A DNA stretch of 30,041 bases, from the NCBI RefSeq assembly GCF_006345805.1, contig NW_021832879.1, positions 1 to 30,041 of the forward strand, in the 5' to 3' direction. This DNA comes from Octopus sinensis (lineage: Eukaryota). The position numbers and the translations under genes are program-made. Below the pieces are notes generated by a model. It was not told the origin of the DNA, searched no databases, and worked only from the letters and a program-made list of their open reading frames with translations. Positions 10,595 through 22,351 of this stretch are shown in pieces. Position 1 is the stretch's first letter; the number at the start of each line of letters is the position of its first letter.

Positions 10595-10950
10595 GAGTTA
10601 CCATTGGCTGGATTTTGATCCATCCAACGACACTACTCAGAAGCTGGGATGCATCCTGTTACTTATATGATTCGGGAGTATCAGCCCAGACAGTTTGGCC
10701 ATGTTGCTTGATTTTTCGAGCTAGGCCCTGCTTATTGTGATCTCTTCACTGAGTATCCGGCTAGGTTGAGAATTTGTGTTTGTCAACCACATGCCACATG
10801 GTCATGGCAGATGAGGAAGTGTCTCATGGAGATGGGGAATGACTGGGACTCTGCTCAATTGGTCACCAGAAGTCCTCGGAAACATCTCGACAAATGGTGC
10901 ATGCAGCAATGTACTGCAATGGTGCGTGCCCCCACATCTGACCTGACCTG
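10595..10950 (+). mobile_element. decayed RTE-clade LINE 3' end
   Basis: Translates YHWLDF.../EAGMHPVTYMIREYQPRQFGHVA*FFELGPAY...QPHATWSWQM...EMG, resembling the RTE C-terminal IRERQLR.FGHVAR...GRPR.TW; ends in (GACCT)2. Confidence 0.75.
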
Positions 10951-11047
10951 GTACAGAGCTGCGAGGATAAGAATATAGATGGGTACAAATATTTTAAAGG
11001 TTCTTGTAAACTAGAGAATGAAATGCGTTCGCTGTGCAATAATATAT

Positions 11048-11126
11048 GCATGCATGTATGTATGTATGTATGTATGTATGTATGTATGTATGTATGTATG
11101 TATGTATGTATGTATGTATGTGTATG
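11048..11126. repeat. (TATG)n microsatellite
   Basis: Directly visible. Confidence 0.95.
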
Positions 11127-11681
11127 TCAGGTCACTTTCGAGTGCTACTGGTAACATGTAACCCAGTACTACCTGTTGCATGGTCGGGTCGTCGGCGACT
11201 AAACCGACAACCCCACCAAGCTCGCTTGGTGAGGAGGGTGTTTATTGGTCACTCTGCGGGATGAAAAACAAAACCCGTCAAAGGGCGGGGGAACTCTTGA
11301 GAGTCAACGGCCATCCAATAAATGTCTTAAGGCTGTATCATGCGCTGGGACATAGAAATAATCGGACTGAATACCCAATCGCGCGGTTAAACCATTGGGA
11401 GTGAAGGACTCGTAGCCTTTGTTAGGGCATCCTTCTAGGAGAAGATAACTCAGGTAACTGGGATAACTCCGACATAAAACCTGCGGCTCAGTGGTTACCA
11501 ATGATGTTGACTTGTTCTTCTTTTCGGATTATGGCTGCTGTTGCTTAGTGAGTGGGATTGATTCAGTGCACAGCCTTTCCTCACTTTAAAAAAAATCTTC
11601 TTGCACAGGCATTGCACGATAACAACATTGATTAAGCTTCGTGCAATGGCCATACTTGATAACGAGGGGGCAGCCACCACC
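11127..11681 (+). mobile_element. non-coding interspersed element inserted in (TATG)n, probably an RTE-derived non-autonomous retroposon
   Basis: Sharp GC-rich block between two (TATG)n runs. ACAACCCCACC, GTCAACGGC and GGGCATCCTTCTAGGAGAAGATAACTC resemble RTE 5'UTR motifs. Several hairpins; no credible ORF. Confidence 0.5.
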
Positions 11682-11714
<33 letters not shown>

Positions 11715-11728
11715 TGTATCTATCTATG

Positions 11729-11767
<39 letters not shown>

Positions 11768-11823
11768 GTATCTATGTAATACATACATATACATACATAT
11801 ACATACATATATGTATGTGTGTG
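11682..11823. repeat. (TATG)n(TATC)n(TACA)n microsatellite
   Basis: Directly visible. Confidence 0.95.
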
Positions 11824-11835
11824 TAAAGATATATA

Positions 11836-12583
11836 CGCGGTCTGATCAATAAGTATCCGGACTAATGCTAAAGTAACGAAGCTAAAGCACGCAGAGTGAA
11901 GCTGCTTCGCACAGATTGACCTTGAACTCTGCTGTTTTAACGTTCTTGCTCACTTTTGCTACTTACAGCAATGCTTGGAAGTAACATGTGTAGCGTGTGA
12001 TCGTCACATTGATCATGACAGAAAGTTGAGAAGAGAATCTGCATCAAATTTTGCGAAAAGCCCGGCGATTCCTGCTCAGAAGCCTACGCAAAGTTTTCAA
12101 AAAGTTTTCATCGTCCTCGATACAATCAAAGAAATCTTGTGCAACTGAAGCCCGAGCGTCTTTCCGGTCAGCCGAAAACAGTTTTGGACAAACTTGGCAG
12201 ACATGCGTCTCATACCAAAATCTTAAGTGATAAGGGACTGAACTGAACCGTAACTAATCTGTACATCCTCTGATAACTCACAGATGAACCATTCCTACAC
12301 TTATGTGCGGCTCACAGAGTCTTCTCCATACACTTTCTGCAACTTTGCGAAGGCCTCTGAGCAGGTATCGCCATAACTTTTTCTGTTATGGTCAATGTGA
12401 CGATCACACGCTACACACCTTCCTTCCAAGCACTGCTGTAAACAGGAAAAGTGAGCTAGACCGTTAAAACTTAGTTTACTTGCACAGCAGAGGCCAAAGT
12501 CAATCTGTGTCAAGCGGCTTTACTCTGCGTGCTTTTGCTTCGTTACTATGGCAACAGTTCGGATACTTATTGATCAGACCTAG
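11836..12583. mobile_element. mariner-derived non-autonomous element made of two inverted 5' ends
   Basis: TA TSD (11834-35, 12584-85); TIR C..GGTCTGATCAATAAGTATCCG.ACT at both ends; arms are complementary over ~250 bp. Both arms carry the transposase N-terminus: + strand RICIKFCEKPGDSCSEAYAK; - strand GDTCSEAFAKLQKVYGEDSVSRT...ISYGSVQSLIT*DFGMRRMSAKFV. Confidence 0.9.
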
Positions 12584-12658
12584 TATTATATATATATTAT
12601 CATATTTATTAACGTGTGCTTATGCATGCGTTTGTAAATATATGTATACATACATACG

Positions 12659-12703
<45 letters not shown>

Positions 12704-13126
12704 ACGCTCATATTAATAAATATGGTACGCTACCATAAAAATATGGAGTGATCCATCAATTATTTAATACTCGTATGTTTTTATATATAACTTCATAAAA
12801 GCATATGCATACACACAAGCGCACACACACACACAACACACACACACACATATACATCCTGAGTTTACTTGTGTCATGCAATTAGGATGTTTAGAATGAA
12901 GAATTCAGGAAATCCATTAAAAGATATTGTTTTGTAAAATGCTTTTTTTTTGTATATTTTTTAGTACTCCATGAATTCTTTATGATAAGCGGCCTAACCA
13001 AATAACACAGGTAACCTCGCGATTTATGTATTTGTTTATGTATATGTATGTGTGTACCGACATACACAAATACGCACATACGCGCACACACACACACACC
13101 ACACACACATACCACACTCACACATG

Positions 13127-13164
<38 letters not shown>

Positions 13165-13167
13165 ACA

Positions 13168-14718
13168 CAGGGTGTTAATAGTATTTTAGGGTATATTTGG
13201 AAATTTAATAAATCATCTAGCAAAATCCGACTATATTTTGATCGAAATTTGTGTACATGTCATAAGTTTATAAGATTCTTTTATAAATCGGCCTTCAGCT
13301 TTGATGATTGCTTCAATATATCACCAGATTCGTTGACGTACCTACACTAAATGGTTGTCATTCATTTTGGACAATGGAGGCCTTCATTGACGCTGTAGTA
13401 TTGAGAGGATGTCGATTATTCTCCCTTTCAACACAGCTCGAGGCATAGTAGTCCATGGTATCTAAATCTGGGAAGTTTGAAGGCCACAAATCTGGTGTTA
13501 CATGGCCGTGAAGATTATCTGACATCTGTCCTTGTGTTACGTTGGCTTTATGATAAGGTATTGAGTCTCTTTTAATCACATATTGTCTTCCACTATGTAG
13601 TTCATCCTTCTAGGGCTAAATAACTGTCTCCATTACTTCAACGTATCCAGCAGCATTAATTATAACATTATATGGGAAGATGTGAAGTGGTACACCTCAC
13701 TAAAGACCATCACATTTGCTGGAAACTTAGTGGTCATCAGTTTAGGAACATCTGATGGATCTGCACATAACCATTTGTCATTTCTGCTGTTAGACATTTG
13801 ATCTGGGTCGAGGTTTTCCTCATCAGAAAAGAACCAGTGCATACCGTGCTCGTAAGAGTTTTTAAGCTTGTAATTTGTTAAATAACTGCTAGGCGTAAAT
13901 CAAATGGTTTACAAACATGAATTGGCCTTTCCTCAGTGCATACGACTTGTACCGAATATCTTCGTGCACCAAAGTTCTGATAGTCGGCTCCGAGACCTGA
14001 AGTTTTTTGGCGATGCCCGTCACTCATTTTCTGGGTCACTCACTTTCTGGAACCTGTCGGATAAAGCGCGCTGTAGTTGAAGAATCATATCGTTTAGAAT
14101 ATTTTCTTTGATACAGTTCAAACCTTCCCGCTTGAGGCTTCCAATTGCATCCGAGCATTGCGTACAAAAGCTCTTGCAACTTTCAGAAATCGATGTGTTC
14201 CGTTGATATGGTAAAAATGACTGTATGTCTTCCTTTTCTTGAGATAACAATCTGCTATGGTGGACAAGAATGAAATAATTTGTTTAATGAGAGTAATATA
14301 CTGATGATGTGGAGGCGCAATGGCCCAGTGGTTAGAGCAGCGGACTCGCGGTCATAAGATCGCGGTTTCGATTCCCAGACCGGGCGTTGTGAGTGTTTAT
14401 TGAGCGAAAACACCTAAAGCTCCACGAGGCTCCGGCAGGGGATGGTGGTGATCCCTGCTGTACTCTTTCACCACAACTTTCTCTCACTCTTACTTCCTGT
14501 TTCTGTTGTACCTGTACTTCAAGGGGGCCGGCCTTGTCACTCTCTGTGTCACGCTGAATCTCCCCGAGAACTACGTTAAGGGTACACGTGTCTGTGGAGT
14601 GCTCAGCCACTTACACGTTAATTTCACGAGCAGGCTGTTCCGTTGATTCGGATCAACCGGAACCCTCGTCGTCGTAACCGACGGAGTGCTTCCATACTGA
14701 TGATACCCGTTGCACTCT
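13168..14718 (-). mobile_element. Tc1/mariner-superfamily DD37D (maT-like) transposon relic
   Basis: Minus strand WFFSDEE...NDKWL...VP...KFPANVMVF...INAAGY...RDSIPYHKANVTQ...LWPSNFPDLDTMDY, with 37 aa between the 2nd and 3rd D. Ends CAGGGTG (13168) and CACTCTG (to ~14718) are diverged TIRs. SINE C sits in the right TIR. Confidence 0.85.
14309..14693 (+). mobile_element. full-length tRNA-derived SINE family C with 11-bp TSD
   Basis: tRNA-like head GGCGCAATGGCCCAGTGGTTAGAGCAGCGGACTCGCGGTC...GGTTTCGATTCCC. TSD ATACTGATGAT at 14298-14308 and 14694-14704. Inverted near-identical copy at 26565-26958. Confidence 0.95.
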
Positions 14719-14851
14719 GTATATATATGTGTGTGCGTGTGTGTGTGTGTGTGTGCGCGTGTGTGTGTCTGTGTGTGGGAGGTGCATATGTGTTTGTGTA
14801 TGTGTGTACGTTTGTGTGACGTATGTATATATGTATGCACACACATACACA

Positions 14852-14957
14852 TTCTTTTATTCTTTTGCTTGTTTTAGTCATTTTACTGTGGCCATGATGG
14901 AGCACCGCCTTAAAGGGATTTTAGTCGAAGAAGTCTACCCTATGACTTATTCTTTGT
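14852..14957 (-). mobile_element. SINE family A 3' tail fragment
   Basis: TTGTTTTAGTCATTTTACTGTGGCCATGATGGAGCACCGCCTT...TTAGTCGA...GACTTATTCTTTGT matches 28365-28450. Confidence 0.8.
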
Positions 14958-15329
14958 ACGTGTGTGTGTGTGTGTGTGTAACAAAAGTATGTATACATTT
15001 TTTCAATAAAATTATTTATTTTTTTACAGTTACTGTGAATAATGGTAAATAATTTGAGTCAAAAACAAAGAAAGTGGTTTCTAAAGCAGTATCGGAAGAC
15101 TGAAAATGCCGAGTAGGTGCGTACAGTATGGAGAGAAGCATTTGGAACTTCTCCACCAATACGACTGATAATTTATACGACTGATAATTTATCGAATAAG
15201 AGATAAACTTGTCAGTGAGTGAAGAAAATGAGATAAGAGTCACTTTAACATTTGTGAACAGTCCCAAAAAGTCCACACGCCGTACATCTCAGGAGCTGTC
15301 CATACCGAGAACGTCTTTGCGAAGCTTAA

Positions 15330-15522
15330 CCCATATATGCCCATAAAAATGAAGTCTTCAAATTTCACTGTATTTAGATTAAACGTTATGGTAGAGGACA
15401 GTATGCAACTATTAGCTACGGGTTTCGACTAGCTACTGAACATTTCATATGCTCGGTCAGATGGTCCAAACAAGTGGGAGCAGGTTTTGCGTTGCAAAAA
15501 CGCAACCAGGGGTATATATGGG
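15330..15522. mobile_element. piggyBac-type MITE (193 bp)
   Basis: TTAA TSD at 15326-29 and 15523-26; 13-bp TIR CCCATATATGCCC / GGGTATATATGGG (12/13). Removing it restores the host transposase frame (RS-LMHILK). Confidence 0.9.
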
Positions 15523-15704
15523 TTAATGCATATATTGAAACTGAAACCGTATCGTCTACGACCGGTACATGGTCTTCTGCGACTCATATCATCGATTGCA
15601 ATTCTGTGAGATGATGCGTGAACAAATCACTAATAAACAATCAGATATTTTTGATAAAATCCTCTGGTCAGATGAGGTTTGTTTCAAGTTGTCAGGCCAC
15701 GTAA

Positions 15705-15762
<58 letters not shown>

Positions 15763-15885
15763 TATATATACGTGCGTGTGCGCACACACACACACACACA
15801 TACATACATACATACATACATACATACATACATACATACATACATACATACATACATACATACATACATACATACATACATACAT
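15705..15885. repeat. (CA)n(TA)n(CA)n(TACA)n microsatellite inside the transposase relic
   Basis: Lies between the codons for HVN and HNSV. Confidence 0.95.
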
Positions 15886-16115
15886 AACTCTGTGTAATGG
15901 CCAGGTGAAAATTCTCATTTGACTGTCACATCTCAACTGTCACGATGTGGGGTGCACTGTCCAGCGAAGGTGTTGTAGGACCAATTTCCTTTGATGGAAC
16001 TGTGAATAGTAACAATTATTTAAACATGGTTCGTGACGTAATCGTGGCACAATTTGTAACCAAAGATAATTCTTCTTTGAAGGAATCGATATCAAATGAA
16101 GCATTGGTATTAACA

Positions 16116-16794
16116 TTGTTGTTATTGGCACTTCATGATCGATTTAGTTGTTGTTATTGGCACTTCATGATCGATTTAGTTGTTGTTATTGGCACTTCAT
16201 GATCGATTTAGTTGTTGTTATTGGCACTTCATGATCGATTTAGTTGTTGTTATTGGCACTTCATGATCGATTTAGTTGTTGTTATTGGCACTTCATGATC
16301 GATTTAGTTGTTGTTATTGGCACTTCATGATCGATTTAGTTGTTGTTATTGGCACTTCATGATCGATTTAGTTGTTGTTATTGGCACTTCATGATCGATT
16401 TAGTTGTTGTTATTGGCACTTCATGATCGATTTGTTGTTGTTATTGGCACTTCATGATCGATTAGTTGTTGTTATTGGCACTTCATTCATGATCGATTAG
16501 TTGTTGTTATTGGCACTTCTGATCGATTTAGTTGTTGTTATTGGCACTTCATGATCGATTTAGTTGTTGTTATGGCACTTCATGATCGATTTAGTTGTTG
16601 TTATTGGCACTTCATGATCGATTTAGTTTTGTTATTGGCACTTCATGATCGATTTAGTTGTTGTTATTGGCACTTCATGATCGATTTAGTTGTTGTTATT
16701 GGCACTTCATGATCGATTTAGTTGTTGTTATTGGCACTTCATGATCGATTTAGTTGTTGTTATTGGCACTTCATGATCGATTTAGTTGTTGTTA
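16116..16794. repeat. 32-bp minisatellite, ~21 copies (TTGTTGTTATTGGCACTTCATGATCGATTTAG)
   Basis: Period of 32 read directly (GATTTAG at 16141, 16173, ...). Units are contiguous with no spacers. Confidence 0.97.
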
Positions 16795-17829
16795 ATGCGC
16801 ATTTCAGCCCGATGATCAAAGCGTTATAGATGTGACTACCTTCATCTTTTATTCAGGTGTAGAGTACTTAAGACTTTCTTATCTAATGTGACATTTTTTA
16901 AAGAAACTTGTGTATCATCTTGTCGTGGAATTCGACTGCTATTTCTAACAAGTCAAGTAACAACTTAAGTTTTCCTTTCAATACTTTCTCCGGTATGGTA
17001 GTCTTTTTAGTAACACTCAACGTCTCCCCATCTCTCATTGGTAACAGTGGGGTACTAATACTAATTTATAATTTTGGGATGACCCTTTAGAGCTCTTTCA
17101 ATTTTTGATATTGCTTGCGAGAAGAGTAAATGAATAACCATCTGCATCACTTTGGACTGATGGAGTCTTCTCTCTTTAACACAAAGGATTTTCGATTTTC
17201 TGACAGAGAAGTTTGATAAGATCAAGGCTACATGCACGCATACTCACATATACATTAACACAAGCATGTACACACATACTCAGCATATACACACATACAC
17301 ACATATATATATAGACATATACATTCAAACCCAACGATATCTTTTAAAACTTTTTTATATATAATCTTAAATACCCATCGGCACAGACTTTAATTGGCAT
17401 GCAACCATTTCTAGAATATTCGTGATAAGCTCATCGCGTTTTTTAAGGATTGTATCATATATTATACGTTACTATAAATTATGCATACCTTTAAATATGC
17501 GTATGTAAGAGAGAGGGAGAGAGAGAGAGAAAGAAAATGTGCACATTATTACTGCTTGGAAGACATATTTAATTTCCAATTATGCTTCTTATATTCGTAA
17601 ACGCACAGCCTGTAAAAATTCATGGGGTAAGATAAAGAAAAAGAAAGCTGTAAGCAACGTAGAAAAGTCTAAACTTTTCACAAGAAGATCTACGATTTGG
17701 TTTCCATTTTCTGCTGCCTCTATACAGGTCTCTTCTGTTGTGCTTTCTCGTGGGAGAAGCATTAGCCATAAAACTTCCTACTGCAGAAAAATATAAAATC
17801 TTAAAATAATAGATTATAGCATGGATCTA

Positions 17830-18714
17830 CGAGGTGGTAGCAAAAAGTTCCCGAACTAGTTCTGTAGCGAGCCAAAAGATGACAGCACATGGTTGCGTGC
17901 GCAGAGGGAGCTAGCAGTGACCTTCATGAGGGAGTGTGCCGAGTGAAATCGCTGTGTTTATTTCGCAAGTTGTGAAATTTGTGTTTTTGTGATCACGTGT
18001 ATGCTGTAGTCTGCGATTTCTGTCATGAACAGGAAGTTGGATCAGAGAGCCAACGTAAAATTTGCGTTAAACTTGAGAAATTTGCCACAGCGACATTGAG
18101 CAAGCTTCGACAATCTTATGGCGACGAAGCAATGGGTTGTATGCAATGTTTAGAGTGGTACGGGCGCTTCAAAAACGGAAGAACATCCCTGGAAGACCTG
18201 CCACGAGTGTCACTTCCGGATATGTGAAGAAAATTCGTCAGCTTGTGGATGAGGATAGCCGGAGGAGAATCAACGAGGTTTTGAAGCGTTTGAGGGAGAA
18301 TAAATGGTGAAAGCGACCGGTTCTGTGGAGCGCGGATAATTGAATTCTTTACGACGATAATGCAGACTGTCATCCAGCTCTCCTCACTCGTGAGTTTCTC
18401 GCCAAAACCAACATGGTATCGCTTCTGCACCCGCCCTATCCGCCAGATTTAGCACCTACGGGATTCCATCTCTTCGCCAAAATGGAAATGCAGTTCAAAA
18501 AGTCGTCGTTTTAACACCGTTGTCGAGAACCAGTGTGAATCGCAGAAAGTCCTTGAATCGCTTACGGAAAACGACTTCCAGTCCGGATTCCAGGAACACT
18601 GGAACTGGTGAATTGCTGCGCATGGTGACTGTTTCGAAGATGATGTTGAAATTTAGGTAAATAAGTTATTTTTCATTAAACATATCTCATCCAGGGATTT
18701 TTGATACCTCCTCG
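17830..18714 (+). mobile_element. internally deleted mariner element with both TIRs
   Basis: TA TSD (17828-29, 18715-16); TIR CGAGG.GGTA.CAAAAA. Translates DQRANVKF/CVKLEKFATATLSKLRQSYGDEAM...EWYGRFKNGRTSLED...[deletion]...EVLKRLRE...ILYDDNA...LLHPPYPPDLAPTGFHLF. Confidence 0.92.
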
Positions 18715-19075
18715 TAGTTATTTAAGGACTGGAACATACAATTTCCTGTAAGACAGACTGCCTCATGGTCCCAGCAAACAAAATGGGGAGAAAAATATAT
18801 ATTACAGCAGTCAAATTTCTCTCATATCACAAACCCCGACCACGCTGTCTTTTAAATTAGAAGAGCACAAAGAACAATTTAGTATACAAAAGAAAATGAA
18901 ATAGTCATATATAGACAGCCTTTGACTTCTGGTTCAAGGTTGAGACGGAGGTAAACAACAGTAACAAAAACAATTAATTAGAAAAAGTCTGAAAAATAAT
19001 GCTTGTGTATATGTACGCGCGCGTGCGTGAGTGCGTGCGCGCACACGTATTTATATGTGTGTGTATGTACACACA

Positions 19076-19874
19076 TACTTACATGCATACATGCATGCTT
19101 ACATACATACATACATGCATACATACATATATACATAAAATACATACATACGTACGTACGTACGTATGTACATACATACATACATACATACATACATACG
19201 TACGTACATACATACATACATACGTACATACATACATACGTACATACATACATACATACATACATACATGCATACATACATACATACATACATACATGCA
19301 TACATACATACATACATACATACATACATACATACGTACGTACATACATACATACATACATACGTACATACATACATACATACATACATACATACGTACA
19401 TACATACATACGTACATACATACATACATACATACATACTGCATGCATGCATACATACATACATACTACATACATACATAACATACATACATACATGCAT
19501 ACATACATACATACATACATACATAATACATACATACATGCATACATACATACAACATACATACATACATACATACATACCATACATACATACATACATA
19601 CGTACGTACATACATACATACATACATACGTCCATACATACATACATACATACATACATACGTACATACATACATACTACATACATACATACATACATAC
19701 ATACATTACATACATACATACTACATACATACATACATACCTACATACATACATACATACATACATGCATACATACATACATACATACATACATACATAC
19801 ATACATACATGCATGCATGCATACATACATACATACATACATACATACATACATACATACATACATACATACAT
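19076..19874. repeat. ~800-bp (TACA)n array with TACG/TGCA variants
   Basis: Directly visible; source of the 451-aa and other HTYI/MYVC ORFs. Confidence 0.98.
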
Positions 19875-19875
19875 A

Positions 19876-19992
19876 GGTGCAGGCATAGATGTGTTGTCCA
19901 ATCACATGATTCTGAGTTCAATCCTACTCCGTGGCATCTTGGGCGTCTTCGACTATAGCCTCGGGCTGACCAAAGCCTTACGAGTGGACTTG
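19876..19992 (+). mobile_element. SINE family A head fragment
   Basis: GGTGCAGG...GAGTTCAATCCTACTCCGTGGCATCTTGGGC...CTATAGCCTCGGGCTGACCAAAGCCTT. Confidence 0.85.
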
Positions 19993-20221
19993 CATGTATG
20001 TATGTATGTATGTATGCATGTATGTATGTATGTATGTATGTATGTATGTTTGCATGTATGTATGTATGTATGTATGTTTGCATGTATGTGTGTATGTATG
20101 TATGTATGTATGAATGTATGTATGTATGTATGTATGTATGTAGTATGTATGTATGTATGTATGTATGCATGTATGTATGTATGTATGTATGTATGTATGT
20201 ATGTATGTATGTATGTATGTA
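19993..20221. repeat. (TATG)n array
   Basis: Directly visible; opposite orientation to 19076-19874. Confidence 0.97.
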
Positions 20222-20222
20222 T

Positions 20223-20395
20223 AGACGTGAGCATGGCTTTATTTTTTTCTTTCTTTAGTCTAAGGAATTCGCTTCGCATCCATGCGGGTCAATCTCACAG
20301 TGCTGTAGCTTGGGCAAATATCTTTTGCTATAGTCCCAAACCGAACAATTCCTTCTAAGTGGTTTTTGGTAGACGGAAACTGTGAAAAAATTCAT
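20223..20395 (+). mobile_element. degenerate SINE family A head
   Basis: CTTGGGCAAATATCTT..CTATAG...GTGG.TTTTGGTAGACGGAAACTG followed by (TG)n. Confidence 0.7.
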
Positions 20396-20416
20396 TGTGT
20401 GTGTGTGTGTGTGTGT

Positions 20417-20449
<33 letters not shown>

Positions 20450-20956
20450 ATGAGTGTGTGTGATCCATACGTGTATGATATGTAACACTATATCCAATTT
20501 GTTATGTTTCTGGCGGTGGATTGTATCTTATAAAATAAAGAAGTGACTAGGCTCCTGATCTATTCAAACTCTCTCAGTCTTGGGATATTAATGCGACTGA
20601 TGTCCAACCTGAACATCTGCAGTTCAATATTTGCAGGAAAAACGTGAGCGGTGACATAAGCGAGTACACGATTTGAACGCATGTAACACAAAAAATTCTA
20701 CTCACGTCACCATAGGCTTAAACAAAGCTGTTAAATCGGGCAGATTTTTACATCTAACATTTTCATTTCATATATATATACGTACTATCGATTTAGTCAT
20801 ATTTATTAAATTATTGAGCCATAAAAGACCGAATTTCAATATATGTACCACATAACTGCAAATGGAAATAAATTCATTTTTTTTTCTCTCTATTGTGTTC
20901 CGATTTCCAATTCTTTTATAAACATATGTAAAATCAATTGTTAATAAAAAGAACTT

Positions 20957-21016
<60 letters not shown>

Positions 21017-21191
21017 TAGATTAGATAGATAGATAAAAACATACATACATACATACATACATACATACATACATACATACATACATACATGGATAAACAA
21101 CATGAAAAGCGCAACGAGCAGAAATACTACGCATACACATACATATATAAAGGTATGCATGTGTGTGTAAATATATATGCATGTGTATGTG

Positions 21192-21222
<31 letters not shown>

Positions 21223-21400
21223 ACACACATGCATGTGTATATAATATATACGTATATGTATACATACATATGCGTATGTATATATATATATATATATATA
21301 TGCCCATACGTTACATTTATACACACACATATATATATACATACACGTGTGTGTGTGGTGTATGTATGTGTGTGTGTACATACATATGCGTATGTGTACG
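20957..21400. repeat. (GATA)n, (TACA)n and mixed TA/CA/TG microsatellites
   Basis: Directly visible. Confidence 0.93.
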
Positions 21401-21775
21401 TACGCTTATTTCTATGTATATGTTACATGAAGTAATTTTCCACGTTTTAAATAATTCTTTTTTTGTATCACGTTCCGCTGAGAATATAAATATTAATATA
21501 AAATAAAATTCTATTCACCCTGGCATTCATGTAATGAATAACTTTATTTTAATAAGGCACCAAAGTTATATATTTTTATAAAGCACATCCGCTGTAGTCT
21601 CATCTTAATAGTGAATATTTCGGTATCAACATATAGCCAACATATTTATCGGCAGATAAAATGACATAGTGCTATCATACAGTTGTCAAGTTGTGATTCA
21701 TGTTTGATAAAAATATTATAGCTGAATGTTCGTGGAAATTGGATCATTCCCCTCCTCTCTCTTATTCCCTTCTTC

Positions 21776-21847
<72 letters not shown>
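21776..21847. repeat. (CT)n microsatellite
   Basis: Directly visible; explains the ER-repeat ORFs. Confidence 0.97.
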
Positions 21848-21849
<2 letters not shown>

Positions 21850-22081
21850 ATTGTCTTCTAGCATTTTGACCGCCGCTGCAGATGGGAAATTTTCGTCTGT
21901 TCCTGATGTAGTTACATTTTTTTATAGACAATACGTCCATAAGAGATAGTGTTTCCGGATGAATGCCGCAGTTAATTTTTTTTTGTGTGTGATGTATTTG
22001 CATTAAGTATGATACGCAGGTGACTATTTTTTATCTCAAACTACTTCATTTGTACATAACGGTTATATGTACGTGAGTAGT

Positions 22082-22351
<270 letters not shown>

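Larger units (their letters stand above)
14975..16075 (+). mobile_element. Tc1/mariner-superfamily transposase relic (rosa/DD41D-like), interrupted twice and 3'-truncated
   Basis: After removing the insertions: FVNSPKKSTRRTSQELSIPRTSLRSLMHILKLKPYRL...RLQFCEMM...ILWSDEVCFKLSGHVN-HNSV*WPGENSH...WGALSSEGVVGPISFDGTVNSNNYLNM. The family call is by motif resemblance; the 2nd and 3rd catalytic D are not present. Confidence 0.82.

Noticed and set aside
12720-12756. Two small hairpins TATGGTA/TACCATA and ATGGA/TCCAT
   Set aside because: Short and AT-rich; expected by chance in 30 kb.
14311-14385. tRNA gene (also 26880-26950, 10283-10370, 29520-29590)
   Set aside because: The A/B boxes belong to SINE heads: no proper acceptor stem, they continue into multicopy SINE bodies, and several are TSD-flanked.
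14332-14610. ORFs within SINE C (also 26474-26744)
   Set aside because: Incidental frames in a non-coding SINE; they are not preserved between the two copies.
16116-16794. CRISPR array (32-bp repeats with an internal palindrome)
   Set aside because: Units are directly contiguous with no unique spacers, there are no cas genes, and the context is eukaryotic.
19003-20358. 451-aa ORF and overlapping ORFs
   Set aside because: HTYI/MYVC repeats are translations of (TACA)n/(TATG)n, which lack stops; the non-repetitive part is a SINE head.
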